The notes under the pieces: model-generated
Told to the model about the DNA's origin: nothing
Seen by the model: the letters and a program-made list of their open reading frames with translations, nothing else
Database searches by the model: none
In this document: piece after piece, positions 25,836 to 36,225 of the stretch
Layout of the letters: each line of letters begins with the position of its first letter
How positions within the stretch are numbered: the stretch's first letter is position 1
DNA from: Candidatus Bathyarchaeia archaeon
GTDB lineage: Archaea; Thermoproteota; Bathyarchaeia; Bathyarchaeales; Bathycorpusculaceae
Length of the DNA stretch: 64,000 bases
Direction of reading: 5' to 3'
NCBI GenBank assembly: GCA_038868115.1
Contig: JAWBXA010000001.1
Location: 2,379 to 66,378 of the forward strand
Translations under genes and position numbers: made by a program

Positions 25836-27290
25836 CTAAAATTCCTCAAAAACCTCCAAGAAAAGCTTCTGCAAAAACTGCTTAACTGTTAATCTATTCT
25901 TTTTAGCCAACCGCTTAATAGCCTTAGCGACACCGGTAGTGTATTGGATCGCCTTCTTTGGTCTATTAACTATCTGAGGAGGTAGCCCAAATTTTTCCGC
26001 AGTCCTTCTAAGCACAACCTTTCGAAAGGGGTCACTTGGCGATTCTATCCGCATTTTTAACGGTAGGCTGAGGGCGAACTCCGCAATTGAATGGGTGGCG
26101 AAGGGTAGACGAAGTTCCACATTATTGAACGCGCAGATTTTGCTGTCCCTTTCAAAGTTGTTTTCATGCATTGCTAGGATGTCTTGAACCATTGCCTTTT
26201 CGACAGCTTCCTCTCCGAAACGCCTGTAGATGTCTACATAACGCCTATACCCTCCAAAATACTCGTCTGCCCCTTGTCCAGTGAATAAAACTTTAAAACC
26301 AAGCTCAGCTGCCTTTTCAACAACCCAAAAAATCGGTATGCCAATGCTTGCCATAAGAGGACTGTGATCTTCCATTGCCAAAAAAACGTTAGATAGTGCA
26401 TGTTCAACATCTTCCTCGTTGTACAAAAAGGTATAGAAAGGCATATCAAGCATGCTTGCAGCTTTCTCTGCTTGCTCGGTTTCCAGCTGGCTTTTTAGGC
26501 TTACGTGGATTAGGTGTACTTTGACTCCAACTTTTTTTGCAAGCCAAGCGACTAGGCTGCTGTCCAAACCTCCTGAAAAAGCCACCGCAACCTCACTTAA
26601 GCCGTGTGTTCTTTCTCTAATTGACCGTTCCAAAAGCGTCTGAAGTTTTTTGACCGCTTCCCCTATTAATAGAGGTGCAGTTACAGAACGGCTAAGAATT
26701 TTAACTGGCTTTAGCTTTAACCCCCTTCTGTCAGCTATTAATAAGCTCCCCGGCGGGAAAGACTCCGTCCTTTTTATTCCTATTTTCCATAACGCCTTGC
26801 GCTCAGACGCAAAGGCAAGAATATCACCACTTTCACCGTAATATAGCGGATACAAGCCTAAGGTGTCTCTTCCAACAATTAGTTTCTTATCTCTGGCTAT
26901 GACAAAAGCAAAGCAACCATCAAATTCTCTTAAAAGTGATTCTGCGCCAATTTCGACATCCTTCTCAAGCTTTTGTGCAACGATATCAACTTCAGGAAGC
27001 CTAGCATTTGGAGTATAAATTCTTCCGTCAAGAATGAAGGCCGCATTTCCAATTTGTTTTACGCAGGGCTTGTCTTGGGCTAAAATTTTAATAAAGACAT
27101 GTCCTATGGCCGTTGGGGATTTTAAGCCTTCAATTTGCAATTTTTCTAAGGACCCTTTAACTAAAGCTTGGTCTTTTGTTGCCATGCAAAAGGCGTCTGC
27201 GCCTTTCCGTCCCAAAATAGAAAGCATCGAAGCTACTTTATGAACAGCATTTCCCTCCGTTTTATCCAGAACCGCAACAATTGCCTTCAT
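25836..27290 (-). CDS. Asparagine synthase (AsnB)-like PP-loop protein with a degenerate glutaminase domain
   Basis: 484 aa with the PP-loop AFSGGLDSS. The N-terminus is MKAIVAVLD instead of the MCG... of Ntn glutamine amidotransferases, so the nucleophile Cys is absent. Confidence 0.75.
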   Translation of the reverse strand: MKAIVAVLDKTEGNAVHKVASMLSILGRKGADAFCMATKDQALVKGSLEKLQIEGLKSPTAIGHVFIKILAQDKPCVKQIGNAAFILDGRIYTPNARLPEVDIVAQKLEKDVEIGAESLLREFDGCFAFVIARDKKLIVGRDTLGLYPLYYGESGDILAFASERKALWKIGIKRTESFPPGSLLIADRRGLKLKPVKILSRSVTAPLLIGEAVKKLQTLLERSIRERTHGLSEVAVAFSGGLDSSLVAWLAKKVGVKVHLIHVSLKSQLETEQAEKAASMLDMPFYTFLYNEEDVEHALSNVFLAMEDHSPLMASIGIPIFWVVEKAAELGFKVLFTGQGADEYFGGYRRYVDIYRRFGEEAVEKAMVQDILAMHENNFERDSKICAFNNVELRLPFATHSIAEFALSLPLKMRIESPSDPFRKVVLRRTAEKFGLPPQIVNRPKKAIQYTTGVAKAIKRLAKKNRLTVKQFLQKLFLEVFEEF

Positions 27291-27416
27291 GCCACTAACC
27301 TTTACGATCGCTCTAAACTATAGTTTGAACGAATCAACCATTCATAATTGAACACATGTGATGAAATATTTTTAAAATAATTTGCAATGATGCCATGAAC
27401 TAATAGGGGAAAATTG

Positions 27417-28136
27417 ATGCCGGGCGTCAAACTTGTAAGCTTTGATGTTTGGGACACGTTGCTCTCTATAAAGTCTTATTACAGGAACATTGCCTTTGAG
27501 CTGGCGAGGTTCATGAATTTGCCGCTGGAAACCATTGCAGAAAAGCTTGTGGAAGGTTACGGGAAGGTTAGGGCTGTTAGGAGGGCTGGCGGGTTTAAGG
27601 ATTCTGAAATTGTTCCATCAGCTCTTGAAGTGATAGCTAAATTTCTTAGCGTAAAGGCTGAAACTGTTTCAAGGGCAATACTCGTGGCAACAGAAAAGCA
27701 TTCTGCGGAGCAGCACCTTATAGAGGGCGCAAGGGAAGCTGTTCGCCGCGCCAAGGAAATGGGAGCTAAGGTTGTTGTGGTTGGTAATGTGGTTTTATGG
27801 CCTGGAAGCTACAACAGAGTTTTGCTTGAGAAGGCTGGCTTGTCAAAGTTTATTGATGAACAGTTTTATGCTGATGAACTTGGAGTTTCAAAGCCGAAGC
27901 CAGAAATTTTTGCGAAAGTGCTTTCAAGGTTTAATATTCAGCCTTATGAGGCTTTGCACGTCGGTGACAGCATTTTTGAGGATTTAGCTGGCGCTGTGCT
28001 TTCTCATATGAATGCCGTGCTGATCGACAAGAACGTGAGTGACGTTATCAAACTTTCAAGCTGGAATGTTTACATAATCCCCAGAATAAGCTTATTAGAG
28101 TATGTTGTCAAGGAACTGAAAAGCATTAATCCTTAG
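27417..28136 (+). CDS. HAD-superfamily hydrolase
   Basis: Motif I-like VSFDVWDTLL, motif IV HVGDS..D, and an overall length of ~240 aa. Confidence 0.7.
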   Translation: MPGVKLVSFDVWDTLLSIKSYYRNIAFELARFMNLPLETIAEKLVEGYGKVRAVRRAGGFKDSEIVPSALEVIAKFLSVKAETVSRAILVATEKHSAEQHLIEGAREAVRRAKEMGAKVVVVGNVVLWPGSYNRVLLEKAGLSKFIDEQFYADELGVSKPKPEIFAKVLSRFNIQPYEALHVGDSIFEDLAGAVLSHMNAVLIDKNVSDVIKLSSWNVYIIPRISLLEYVVKELKSINP

Positions 28137-28164
28137 GCATGTTATCTTTTCAGAGGGATAAGGC

Positions 28165-29535
28165 TTGCCAATCCTTCCGATAGATACCGGACGTTATGGG
28201 ACGCTTGAAATGCGGCGAATTTTCGAGGAGGAAAACCGCATTCAAAAGATGTTGGATGTTGAGGCTGCTTTGGCTTGGGCTCACGCCGAGGTAGGCAACA
28301 TACCACGCAAAGATGCTGAACGAATTGCGGCTGCAGCTTCGCTTAAGCGTGTCAAATTTGAGCGTGTAAAAGAGATTGAGCGAGAGATTAAGCATGACGT
28401 TATGGCTCTTGTTAAGGCTTTAGCCGAAGCGAGCGGTCCAAGCGGAGCTTATGTACATCTCGGCGCAACAAGCTACGACATTGTTGACACGGCGACAGCC
28501 CTCCAACTGAAGGAGGCTTTGGAGCTTATTGAAAGGAGACTGAACGATTTCGAAAAGGTTTTGATGGAAAAGGCATTACGTTACAAGGAGACCTTGATGA
28601 TGGGGCGCACCCATGGCCAGCACGCACTTCCAATAACTTTGGGCTTTAAATTCGCCGTTTGGATGAGGGAGATTTCAAGGCATATTGAAAGGCTTAGACA
28701 GTGCCGCGAACGTGTCGTTGTAGGCAAGATGAGCGGAGCGGTTGGCACTCAGGCGGGTTTGGGCGAAAACGCTATACAGATTCAGGAACTTGTGATGCAG
28801 AGGCTTGGCATAAAAGCCTCTGACATCTCCACTCAGATTGTACAGAGGGACCGCCACGCGGAACTCGTATGCTTATTGGCTTTGATTGCTTCGAGCCTCG
28901 AAAACTTCGCCACCGAAATCCGTGAGCTGCAAAGACCGGAAATAGGCGAGTTGGCGGAGCCCTTCGAAGCTGAAAGACAAGTGGGCAGTTCAACGATGCC
29001 CCATAAGCGGAATCCAGAAACATGTGAACGTGTCTGCGGCTTAGCAAGAATAGTGCGAAGCCTAGCAGTTCCAGCCTTAGAGAACGTTGTGACTTGGCAT
29101 GAGCGCGATCTGACACAGTCATCCGCTGAGCGCTTCATAATTCCAGAAGCATGCATACTGGTGGACTACATGCTATTTCTAATGACAAATATTATGGCTA
29201 ACCTATGCGTGAATGAGGAACGCATGCGTCAAAACATCGAACTAACCCAGGGGCGAGCAATGTCAGAAGCCGTAATGATAGCCTTAACAAAGAAAGGAGC
29301 GAGCCGCCAAGAAGCCCACGAGTTGTTAAGGAAGCTGACGATAAAGAGCGAGTCTGAGAAGCGCCGCTTTAAGGAAGTCCTACTAGAAGACAAAGTTGTT
29401 AGTAAGAAGCTTAGCGAAAAGGAAATCGATGAGGCTTTGAATCCGCGGAATTATTTAGGCACTGCTTTAAGGCAGGTTGAGCTTATGGTGGAGAAGACAA
29501 AACAAGAACGCAAAAATAGGGAATTGACGGACTAA
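28165..29535 (+). CDS. purB: Adenylosuccinate lyase
   Basis: 456 aa, TTG start. The fumarate-lyase signature is GSSTMPHKRNP, with a PurB-like N-terminus PIDTGRYG. Confidence 0.92.
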   Translation: MPILPIDTGRYGTLEMRRIFEEENRIQKMLDVEAALAWAHAEVGNIPRKDAERIAAAASLKRVKFERVKEIEREIKHDVMALVKALAEASGPSGAYVHLGATSYDIVDTATALQLKEALELIERRLNDFEKVLMEKALRYKETLMMGRTHGQHALPITLGFKFAVWMREISRHIERLRQCRERVVVGKMSGAVGTQAGLGENAIQIQELVMQRLGIKASDISTQIVQRDRHAELVCLLALIASSLENFATEIRELQRPEIGELAEPFEAERQVGSSTMPHKRNPETCERVCGLARIVRSLAVPALENVVTWHERDLTQSSAERFIIPEACILVDYMLFLMTNIMANLCVNEERMRQNIELTQGRAMSEAVMIALTKKGASRQEAHELLRKLTIKSESEKRRFKEVLLEDKVVSKKLSEKEIDEALNPRNYLGTALRQVELMVEKTKQERKNRELTD

Positions 29536-29548
29536 AATCCGTTAAAAG

Positions 29549-30160
29549 AAATTAAAGAGGAATATAGAAACTTCAATGAGAAGTTTAAGCCGCATCCAAA
29601 TCTGAGAAAAGTTTATGGTTTTATCTTTTGCTTGTTGCTATTCCCGTCTTTATTGCCACGGTTTTGCCGATTTTGGCGGTCTTTATACTTGAGTCTCAAA
29701 TGTGGCCGGAGGTTTGGCCGTTCACCTTTATACCATTAATGGTAGCACTTGCATTTTTCAGCTTCGTGACTTATTGGATTCCAAAGTATTATAATTCTAA
29801 CTCTTAGGTTCTTGAGAAGAATGAGGTTGTTAAAAGGGGGTCTGATGGAAGATGAAGCACGTGATTCCATACTCGCGAGTCATGTCGGTTAAGGTATAAT
29901 TCAAGGACCAATTTCTAGAATGTTTGGCGTCGGCTCAGTGCATTGCATACAGCTGGGTATACCGACCTGCCGACTGGTCCGCTGGCTCTGGAACTAGGAA
30001 CGCGGAAGCAACCATTTGGGAGTCACAAACTTTACTGAAATAAGAGACTTAATAATTGGCATGGTAAGAGGAAGGCCTCTCTTCGAGCGCCGAAACGCAT
30101 GACATTGAATTGCAGATTTTGGAAGAGTTGAAAAAGATAAGGAAAGCTGTGGAGAGGTAA
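29549..30160 (+). pseudogene. Decayed bPH_2/DUF304 (YdbS/YdbT-like) membrane protein gene
   Basis: Own three-frame reading. TM segment TVLPILAVFILESQMWPEVWPFTFIPLMVALAFFSFVTYWIPKYY. An in-frame TAG precedes VLEKNEVVKRG. The pieces KHVIPYSRVMSV, IQGPISRMFGVGSVH, TAGYTD and RNAEA then each fall in different frames. These are the conserved DUF304 blocks, so several frameshifts are implied. Confidence 0.55.
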
Positions 30161-30218
30161 CTTATATGCATGCCTAAAATTTGGGTTGTTACATTATAAC
30201 CGTTTATTGAAATACCTG

Positions 30219-32450
30219 TTAGTATTCTGTTAGGGCTTTTTGTTTCCACTCTCCTTCTTTTTCAAGTTTTTCCCAAACCTCTTTTTTGACGAAGCCACCA
30301 ACTTGTTCTTTAATCTTCTTTGCTAGTTTTGGTCCTATAAGTGGCAGGTTCATTAGTTCTTCGATTTGGGCGCGTCTTATGTCTTCTATTGTTTTATACC
30401 CAGCGTTGTATAGTATTCGCCCACGAACTCTCCCCACACCTTCGAGCTTTACTATTGGCAAGAGCTCCTTCTTAACGCCTTTTTCCACTCTTCCCATCAG
30501 CTCCAGCGTGAGGGGTTGTACCTCCTTGTTTTTGAATAAGACTGCTAATTCGTGAGTGGCATAAAGGAGCCATTTTGCGTTTTCTACCGTTCTATATAGG
30601 TCGCCTGGTTGCACGCGAAACTTTTCTATTATCTCGTCTTCGCTTGCCTCCTCTATCCAAGCCTTCAAAACCATAGCTGTTTTTACTTCTGCCAAGAACT
30701 CTTCGTAGTTTATTCGGTCTTCCCACTCGTTTGGCACTGGTGTTATGAACTCTTCGCGGTGTTCTTCGGCGGAAACCGCCACCTTGTCGAGTTCGCTCGT
30801 GCTTGGTCTGAGGAGCGGGCGCATGTCAGGCGTATGGGCAATCATGTGGAGGAGACTTAAATCTGTTAGTACTGGCGGTTTTTTGCGTAGGGCGTCGCGG
30901 ATTATGACAGCTGAAACTGGGTCTATGTAAAGTTCGCTTATGCGTTTGCCGAATCTTGTAGCGTAAATGTTTGTGCCACTTACATCAATCATCTCCTCTT
31001 CGTATAGGAAGCGCAGTATTTTTGCGATAACATTCTTTATCGCGTTGATATCGTATTGGTAAGCGTAGAAGGTTCTGCCGAAAAAGTCGTATATTCCGGC
31101 TTCTGTGTGAGCGTAGTCTGCGGCTATTGTTGCAAGCACATGCCCCCTTAGGATGCGTTCCACAGCTAGCCTTGACCAGATGCGTTCTGGCTTTGCCAGC
31201 ACATAGCTTTCCATTAGGTGGTCGGCTTCGTCGTCTGTTCTCGCAACTAATATAGCTTCGCCTATTTTGTCGTATTTTGGGCGCCCTGCTCTTCCACACA
31301 TCTGCTTGTACTCCAAAACGCTTATGGGGTAATAGCCATAACCAGGCTCATAACGTCTGTAATCATATATTATGACGGATCTTGCCGGAAGGTTAACGCC
31401 GAAAGCCAATGTTGGCGTGGCTGTTAGAACCTTAATTTTTCCTTCGCGAAAAGCGTCCTCAATTATTTTTCTGTGAGACCCGCCTAAACCAGCATGATGA
31501 AAAGCTACTCCACACTTGACTAGTTCGGTTAGGAGTTCGCTTATCCTTGTTTTTTCGCCAGCTGCCAGAATGCGTTCTGCTTCGCGTTCCAAAGCCCTTT
31601 TCATAGGCTTTGATAGGATTTCTCCAATTTTCACTGCTGTTTTCTTTGCTAGTGCCACGGCGCTTTTCCTTGTAGCGGCGAAAATTAGAGCTTGTCCGCC
31701 AGTTTTAACGGTGTGCAGCGCCAAGTTTATGGCTGGGTTTTTAACCTCCTTCTCAATTTTTCTTGATTCGCCGTCTCTGAACCGGATTTCGTTGTGGAGT
31801 AACACGCCCTCTTTCAACAAGATTGGGCGCCAGTCTGTTGTTACGTATTCGGCTTTCAGCCACTCAGCAATTTCTTGAACGTTGTTTATCGTGGCGCTTA
31901 AAGCCAAGATTTGGATTTCTGGGCTTGTCTGCATAAGCCTAGCCAAAACCACTTCTAGGGTGGGTCCGCGCTCCACCTCGTTTAGCAGGTGCACTTCATC
32001 AGCCACTACGAGGCTTATATCGTCCATCCACTTGGCTTTATGCCTCAAAAGCGAGTCCACCTTTTCGTTTGTAGCCACAATGATGTCGTAACGCTCAAGC
32101 CAAGGGTCAGAACTGTCATAATCGCCGGTGGAGATGCCAACGCTTACACGTATTCCATCTGGCTTTGTGATAACAGAGTATTTCTTAAACTCCTCGTATT
32201 TTTCGCTGGCTAAAGCCCTTAAAGGTGTTAGGTAGAGGACTTTGCCGTCGCCTTCCAAGATGTGTTTTAGGGCGCATAGCTCTGCGATCAGCGTCTTTCC
32301 AGAGGCTGTTGGACTAGCCAGGACAAGGTTTCGCCCTTCTAAGGCGCCGGCTTTTATGGCTTCCTCTTGAGGGGGATAAAGCTCCACTATCCCAGACTTG
32401 ATTAGAACTTCTTTAACTGGTTCCGGTATTGACAGCTCTGTTATTCTCAC
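30219..32450 (-). CDS. hel308: Hel308/Hjm Ski2-like DNA helicase
   Basis: 743 aa with SPTASGKT (Walker A), DEVH, SATINN, HHAGL and a C-terminal HhH-like domain. This is the typical archaeal Hel308 architecture. Confidence 0.92.
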   Translation of the reverse strand: MRITELSIPEPVKEVLIKSGIVELYPPQEEAIKAGALEGRNLVLASPTASGKTLIAELCALKHILEGDGKVLYLTPLRALASEKYEEFKKYSVITKPDGIRVSVGISTGDYDSSDPWLERYDIIVATNEKVDSLLRHKAKWMDDISLVVADEVHLLNEVERGPTLEVVLARLMQTSPEIQILALSATINNVQEIAEWLKAEYVTTDWRPILLKEGVLLHNEIRFRDGESRKIEKEVKNPAINLALHTVKTGGQALIFAATRKSAVALAKKTAVKIGEILSKPMKRALEREAERILAAGEKTRISELLTELVKCGVAFHHAGLGGSHRKIIEDAFREGKIKVLTATPTLAFGVNLPARSVIIYDYRRYEPGYGYYPISVLEYKQMCGRAGRPKYDKIGEAILVARTDDEADHLMESYVLAKPERIWSRLAVERILRGHVLATIAADYAHTEAGIYDFFGRTFYAYQYDINAIKNVIAKILRFLYEEEMIDVSGTNIYATRFGKRISELYIDPVSAVIIRDALRKKPPVLTDLSLLHMIAHTPDMRPLLRPSTSELDKVAVSAEEHREEFITPVPNEWEDRINYEEFLAEVKTAMVLKAWIEEASEDEIIEKFRVQPGDLYRTVENAKWLLYATHELAVLFKNKEVQPLTLELMGRVEKGVKKELLPIVKLEGVGRVRGRILYNAGYKTIEDIRRAQIEELMNLPLIGPKLAKKIKEQVGGFVKKEVWEKLEKEGEWKQKALTEY

Positions 32451-33261
32451 TTAGACGCGCCTTTTGCCTTTCCTAATGCACACTAGAGAATGACAAGGTT
32501 TAAAACATTACCGAATAGCGAAAACTCTACGAAAATGAAGGGGAAGGATCATAGAGGATGGTTTTTGCTATTTCCTTAACGTCATGTAAAAGCCAGTCGC
32601 ATTTATCAGATCGTTTATGGAGAAGAACTTCCACTTGACTTCTTGCGAGTAGAAGCTTGCAATGTTTTTTAGCTTTTCCAGGTTGTCCGTCTCAAACATT
32701 GTGAAGCCTTTGCTCTCGCCCATAAACTGGAAAGGCCCAAAGATTAGTTTGGCAAAATCTTCGTTTCCCTTTCCTCTCGGCAGTCATTTTCTAAACTTTT
32801 CAATGACACCCATAGCGACACCTTCAACAACCTTCCAAAATCCAATAATACTTTATACACCTTCACTCCCAACATTCAGTTTCTAGGCGGAACTTCATCA
32901 ACAAGCAAAGAAAGCAGCCCTTCACACTGCCTGCCCAGCAAGCCAATAAAGCTCACCAACACGTACAAAGCCGGTCTAATAAGACCTTCCCTTGCTCGCG
33001 CTCAAATTTCTAGAAGGGTATTTATTTAGGTGCTTTCTGCTTGTTAAATTTGATGTTTAAGGTTTTTAGGGTGTGGAAATCTTAGGAGGGGGTCACCATT
33101 GGCTGTTTTTAAGTCCCCAAAAATGTGTAGAGGGGTAGTGTTATTTGTTAAGGCGCACAAGTCACAAAATGACCTTTAGACATCGTTCAGATTTCGAATA
33201 GCTTTTTCTATAAGCTTAAACCTATTAGGAGTTGACAAGCGTTAAGTGGACTTGAAGAGTT

Positions 33262-34485
33262 ATGGTGGAAAATGTCCGCGAGCTCTTGAAGGCTCATGAA
33301 GGGTTAAAGCGTGAAGTCTATTTGGACATTGAAAATTCAAGCATGGTGTTAACAGAAGTTGTTGAGGCTATGCTTCCATACTTTAACCAACGCGCCTATG
33401 GCAACCCAACGATAACCCATAAGCCTGGATGGGAAGCCTTCGAAGCCATAATGGAATCAGCCCAAAAAATAGCTGGCTTCATGGGCTGTAAAAACCTTGA
33501 AGAAGTCAACTTTACGCCTGGCGAAACAGAAGCCAACAACCTCGCCCTATTAGGCGCAACTCTTCAAAAGCGCGGTAAGGGCAAAAAAATTGTGATTTCT
33601 GAAATTGAGCCGTTAAGCGTCTTGCATGTGGCTGAAATGCTCGCCAAATATGGCTTCACCATAACCAAGATTCCCGTTGACACTGAGGGTTTCATAAACC
33701 TCGAGAAATTAAAGGAAGCCGTTGACAGCAACACAGCCCTCGTAAGCCTATCCACAGTAAACCACGAAATAGGAACAATACAACTCGTAAAAGAAGCTTG
33801 CGAAATAGTCAAGGACAAAAACCCAAACGCAATATTTCACACAGACGCTTCAGATGCCTATGGGAAAATACCCTTTAACGTGCGGGAATTGGACGTGGAT
33901 ATGGCAACAATAAGTAGCTACAAAATCCTTGGGCCTCGCGGAATAGGAGCCCTTTACGTAAGGGAAGGCGTAAACATAGAAAGAATATTGGAGGGACAGA
34001 TAGGCACCCAAAAACTATGGCCTGGAGTTGAGAACACACCATTAATAGTTGGCTTTGCAAAAGCCTCTGAACTCGCCTTCCAAAACTTCAAAGAAAATGT
34101 TATGCACATGCAAAGACTTAGGGACAAACTCATAAACGGAATCTTTGGAAAAATAACCGATATATGCCTAAACGGTCCAAAAGGCGATAAAAGGGCACCC
34201 GACAATGCCAACATAAGCTTCCTACGCTGCGAAGGTGAAGCTCTAACAATCGAGTTAAGCTTAAACGGCGTTTATGTTTCAAGCGGAAGCGCGTGCACAA
34301 GACGGCTCTTACAGCCAAGCCACGTTCTAACAGCCATAGGCAGAAAATTCGAGGAAGCCCATGGAAGCATCCTTATGAAGGTTACACGAATTCACACAGA
34401 GGAGGACATAGACTATGTTTTGGAAGTTTTGCCAAAAGCCGTTGATAGGCTTAGGGGAATAACTGGCACAACGGTGGTAGGATAA
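33262..34485 (+). CDS. iscS: Cysteine desulfurase, NifS/IscS type (class I)
   Basis: 407 aa. PLP lysine region SSYKILGPRG and catalytic loop SSGSACT. Confidence 0.85.
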   Translation: MVENVRELLKAHEGLKREVYLDIENSSMVLTEVVEAMLPYFNQRAYGNPTITHKPGWEAFEAIMESAQKIAGFMGCKNLEEVNFTPGETEANNLALLGATLQKRGKGKKIVISEIEPLSVLHVAEMLAKYGFTITKIPVDTEGFINLEKLKEAVDSNTALVSLSTVNHEIGTIQLVKEACEIVKDKNPNAIFHTDASDAYGKIPFNVRELDVDMATISSYKILGPRGIGALYVREGVNIERILEGQIGTQKLWPGVENTPLIVGFAKASELAFQNFKENVMHMQRLRDKLINGIFGKITDICLNGPKGDKRAPDNANISFLRCEGEALTIELSLNGVYVSSGSACTRRLLQPSHVLTAIGRKFEEAHGSILMKVTRIHTEEDIDYVLEVLPKAVDRLRGITGTTVVG

Positions 34486-34487
34486 AA

Positions 34488-35009
34488 ATGTCGCGTGCAC
34501 CCTTGCCCTACAGCCAGAAAATCCTCGAACTTTTCAGAAACCCTAAAAACCTTGGAAGAATGGAGGACGCCACCGTGTCGGCTGTTGCCGGAAATCCTCA
34601 ATGTGGAGACATGATAACCTTCTACTTGAAAATAAACGAGCAAGACGTAATTGAGAAAGCAACTTTTGAAAGCTATGGATGCGCTGCCAACATAGCTACA
34701 TCCAGCATAGTGACAGAAAAAGTGAAGGGAATGAAACTTGAAGACGCGTGGAAAATCACATGGAAAAGTATAGCAGAAGAGGTTGGCGGACTCCCAGCGG
34801 TAAAATTCCACTGCGGAATCCTAGCTGTTGGAGCCTTAAGACGCGCCATAAGAGCCTACTACAAAAGCAAGCAGACAACGCCCGAATGGCTTTCCAAAGA
34901 CCTAACCTTCGAGGAAAGACAAGCCCTGGAGGAGGAGGAACTGGCAAGAATCCTCGAGAAAAAGATGAAGATAACGGAGGAAAATAATGTTCGACCCATA
35001 CAAGATTAG
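34488..35009 (+). CDS. iscU: Fe-S cluster assembly scaffold IscU/NifU-like
   Basis: 173 aa. GNPQCGD, YGCAANIA and HCGILA give the three scaffold cysteines. Confidence 0.88.
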   Translation: MSRAPLPYSQKILELFRNPKNLGRMEDATVSAVAGNPQCGDMITFYLKINEQDVIEKATFESYGCAANIATSSIVTEKVKGMKLEDAWKITWKSIAEEVGGLPAVKFHCGILAVGALRRAIRAYYKSKQTTPEWLSKDLTFEERQALEEEELARILEKKMKITEENNVRPIQD

Positions 35010-36225
35010 GGAGGATTTCCCAATTTTAAAACGCAAAGTAAACAACCACCCCCTCATCTACTTCGACAATGCAGCTACATCGCAGAAGCCGAAACAAGTG
35101 ATAGATACCATCAAAGAGTATTATGAAATGCATAACGCCAACGTCCACAGAGCAGTGCACACGCTTTCGCTGGAGGCTACGGAGCTATATGAAAGCGCCC
35201 ATGAAGAAACAGCCAAATTCATAGGAGCAGAAAGCTCCGAAGAAGTAGTCTTCACAAGAGGAACAACAGAAGCCATAAACACCGTCGCCTACTCATGGGG
35301 GCTGCGAAACCTCAAACAAGGCGACGAAGTTCTAGTCACCCTCATGGAACACCACAGCAACATCGTGCCATGGGAAATCCTCTCAAGAATAAAGGGCTTT
35401 AAAGTGCGCTATTTGGATGTCAACGAGGATGGAACCCTAAACCAGCAAGCCCTTGAAGAAGCCCTTTCTCCCAAAGTAAAGATGATCTGCATGACACACG
35501 TCTCAAACGTTACTGGCGTAATAAATGACGTGCAATACGCTGCAAAACTCGCCCACGAAAACAACGCCCTAATCCTAATAGACGGAGCCCAATCAGTACC
35601 TCACATACCAATAAATGTAAAAAAATTAGACTGCGACTTCCTAGCTTTTTCTGGACACAAAATGCTTGGACCAACAGGCATAGGCGTCCTATACGGCAAG
35701 CGAGACATCCTGGAAAAAATGGAGCCCTTCCATGGAGGGGGTGAAATGATAAGGGAAGTCTCCTACAATCCAAAAACCAAAAGCTGCAAAATAGCGTGGA
35801 ACGAACTTCCATGGAAGTTCGAGGCTGGAACGCCAAACATATGCGGAGGAGTAGGCTTAATGGCAGCAATAAAATATCTAAAAAATCTTGGAATGGAGAA
35901 CGTTAAAGCCCATGAATGCGCCTTAACCGAATACGCCATTAAACGCTTACAAGAATGCCAAAAAGTCAAGATTTACGGACCAAAAGACGTGAAAGCCAAA
36001 TGTGGCATAGTTCCCTTCAACCTAGAAGGCTTCGACTCCCACGACTTGGCTCTGCTTCTGGACACTTATGGCATAATGATAAGAAGCGGCTTCCACTGCG
36101 CCCAACCCCTACACCAAAGATTCAGACTGAAATCATCGGTGAGGGCAAGCTTCTACATATACAACATCCGAGAAGAAATCGACAAGCTAGTAGAAGTCTT
36201 AAAGGAGATTGAAAAATCCCTATGA
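34987..36225 (+). CDS. sufS: Cysteine desulfurase, SufS/CsdA type (class II)
   Basis: 412 aa with FSGHKMLGPTGIG, the catalytic-loop region RSGFHCAQP and the N-terminus FPIL..KVNNHPLIYFDNAATSQKP. Confidence 0.9.
   Translation: MFDPYKIREDFPILKRKVNNHPLIYFDNAATSQKPKQVIDTIKEYYEMHNANVHRAVHTLSLEATELYESAHEETAKFIGAESSEEVVFTRGTTEAINTVAYSWGLRNLKQGDEVLVTLMEHHSNIVPWEILSRIKGFKVRYLDVNEDGTLNQQALEEALSPKVKMICMTHVSNVTGVINDVQYAAKLAHENNALILIDGAQSVPHIPINVKKLDCDFLAFSGHKMLGPTGIGVLYGKRDILEKMEPFHGGGEMIREVSYNPKTKSCKIAWNELPWKFEAGTPNICGGVGLMAAIKYLKNLGMENVKAHECALTEYAIKRLQECQKVKIYGPKDVKAKCGIVPFNLEGFDSHDLALLLDTYGIMIRSGFHCAQPLHQRFRLKSSVRASFYIYNIREEIDKLVEVLKEIEKSL

Noticed and set aside
30985-31299. 104-aa minus-strand alternative-frame ORF inside hel308
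   Set aside because: It overlaps the helicase reading frame out of phase. The product is Arg/Ser-rich with no motifs.
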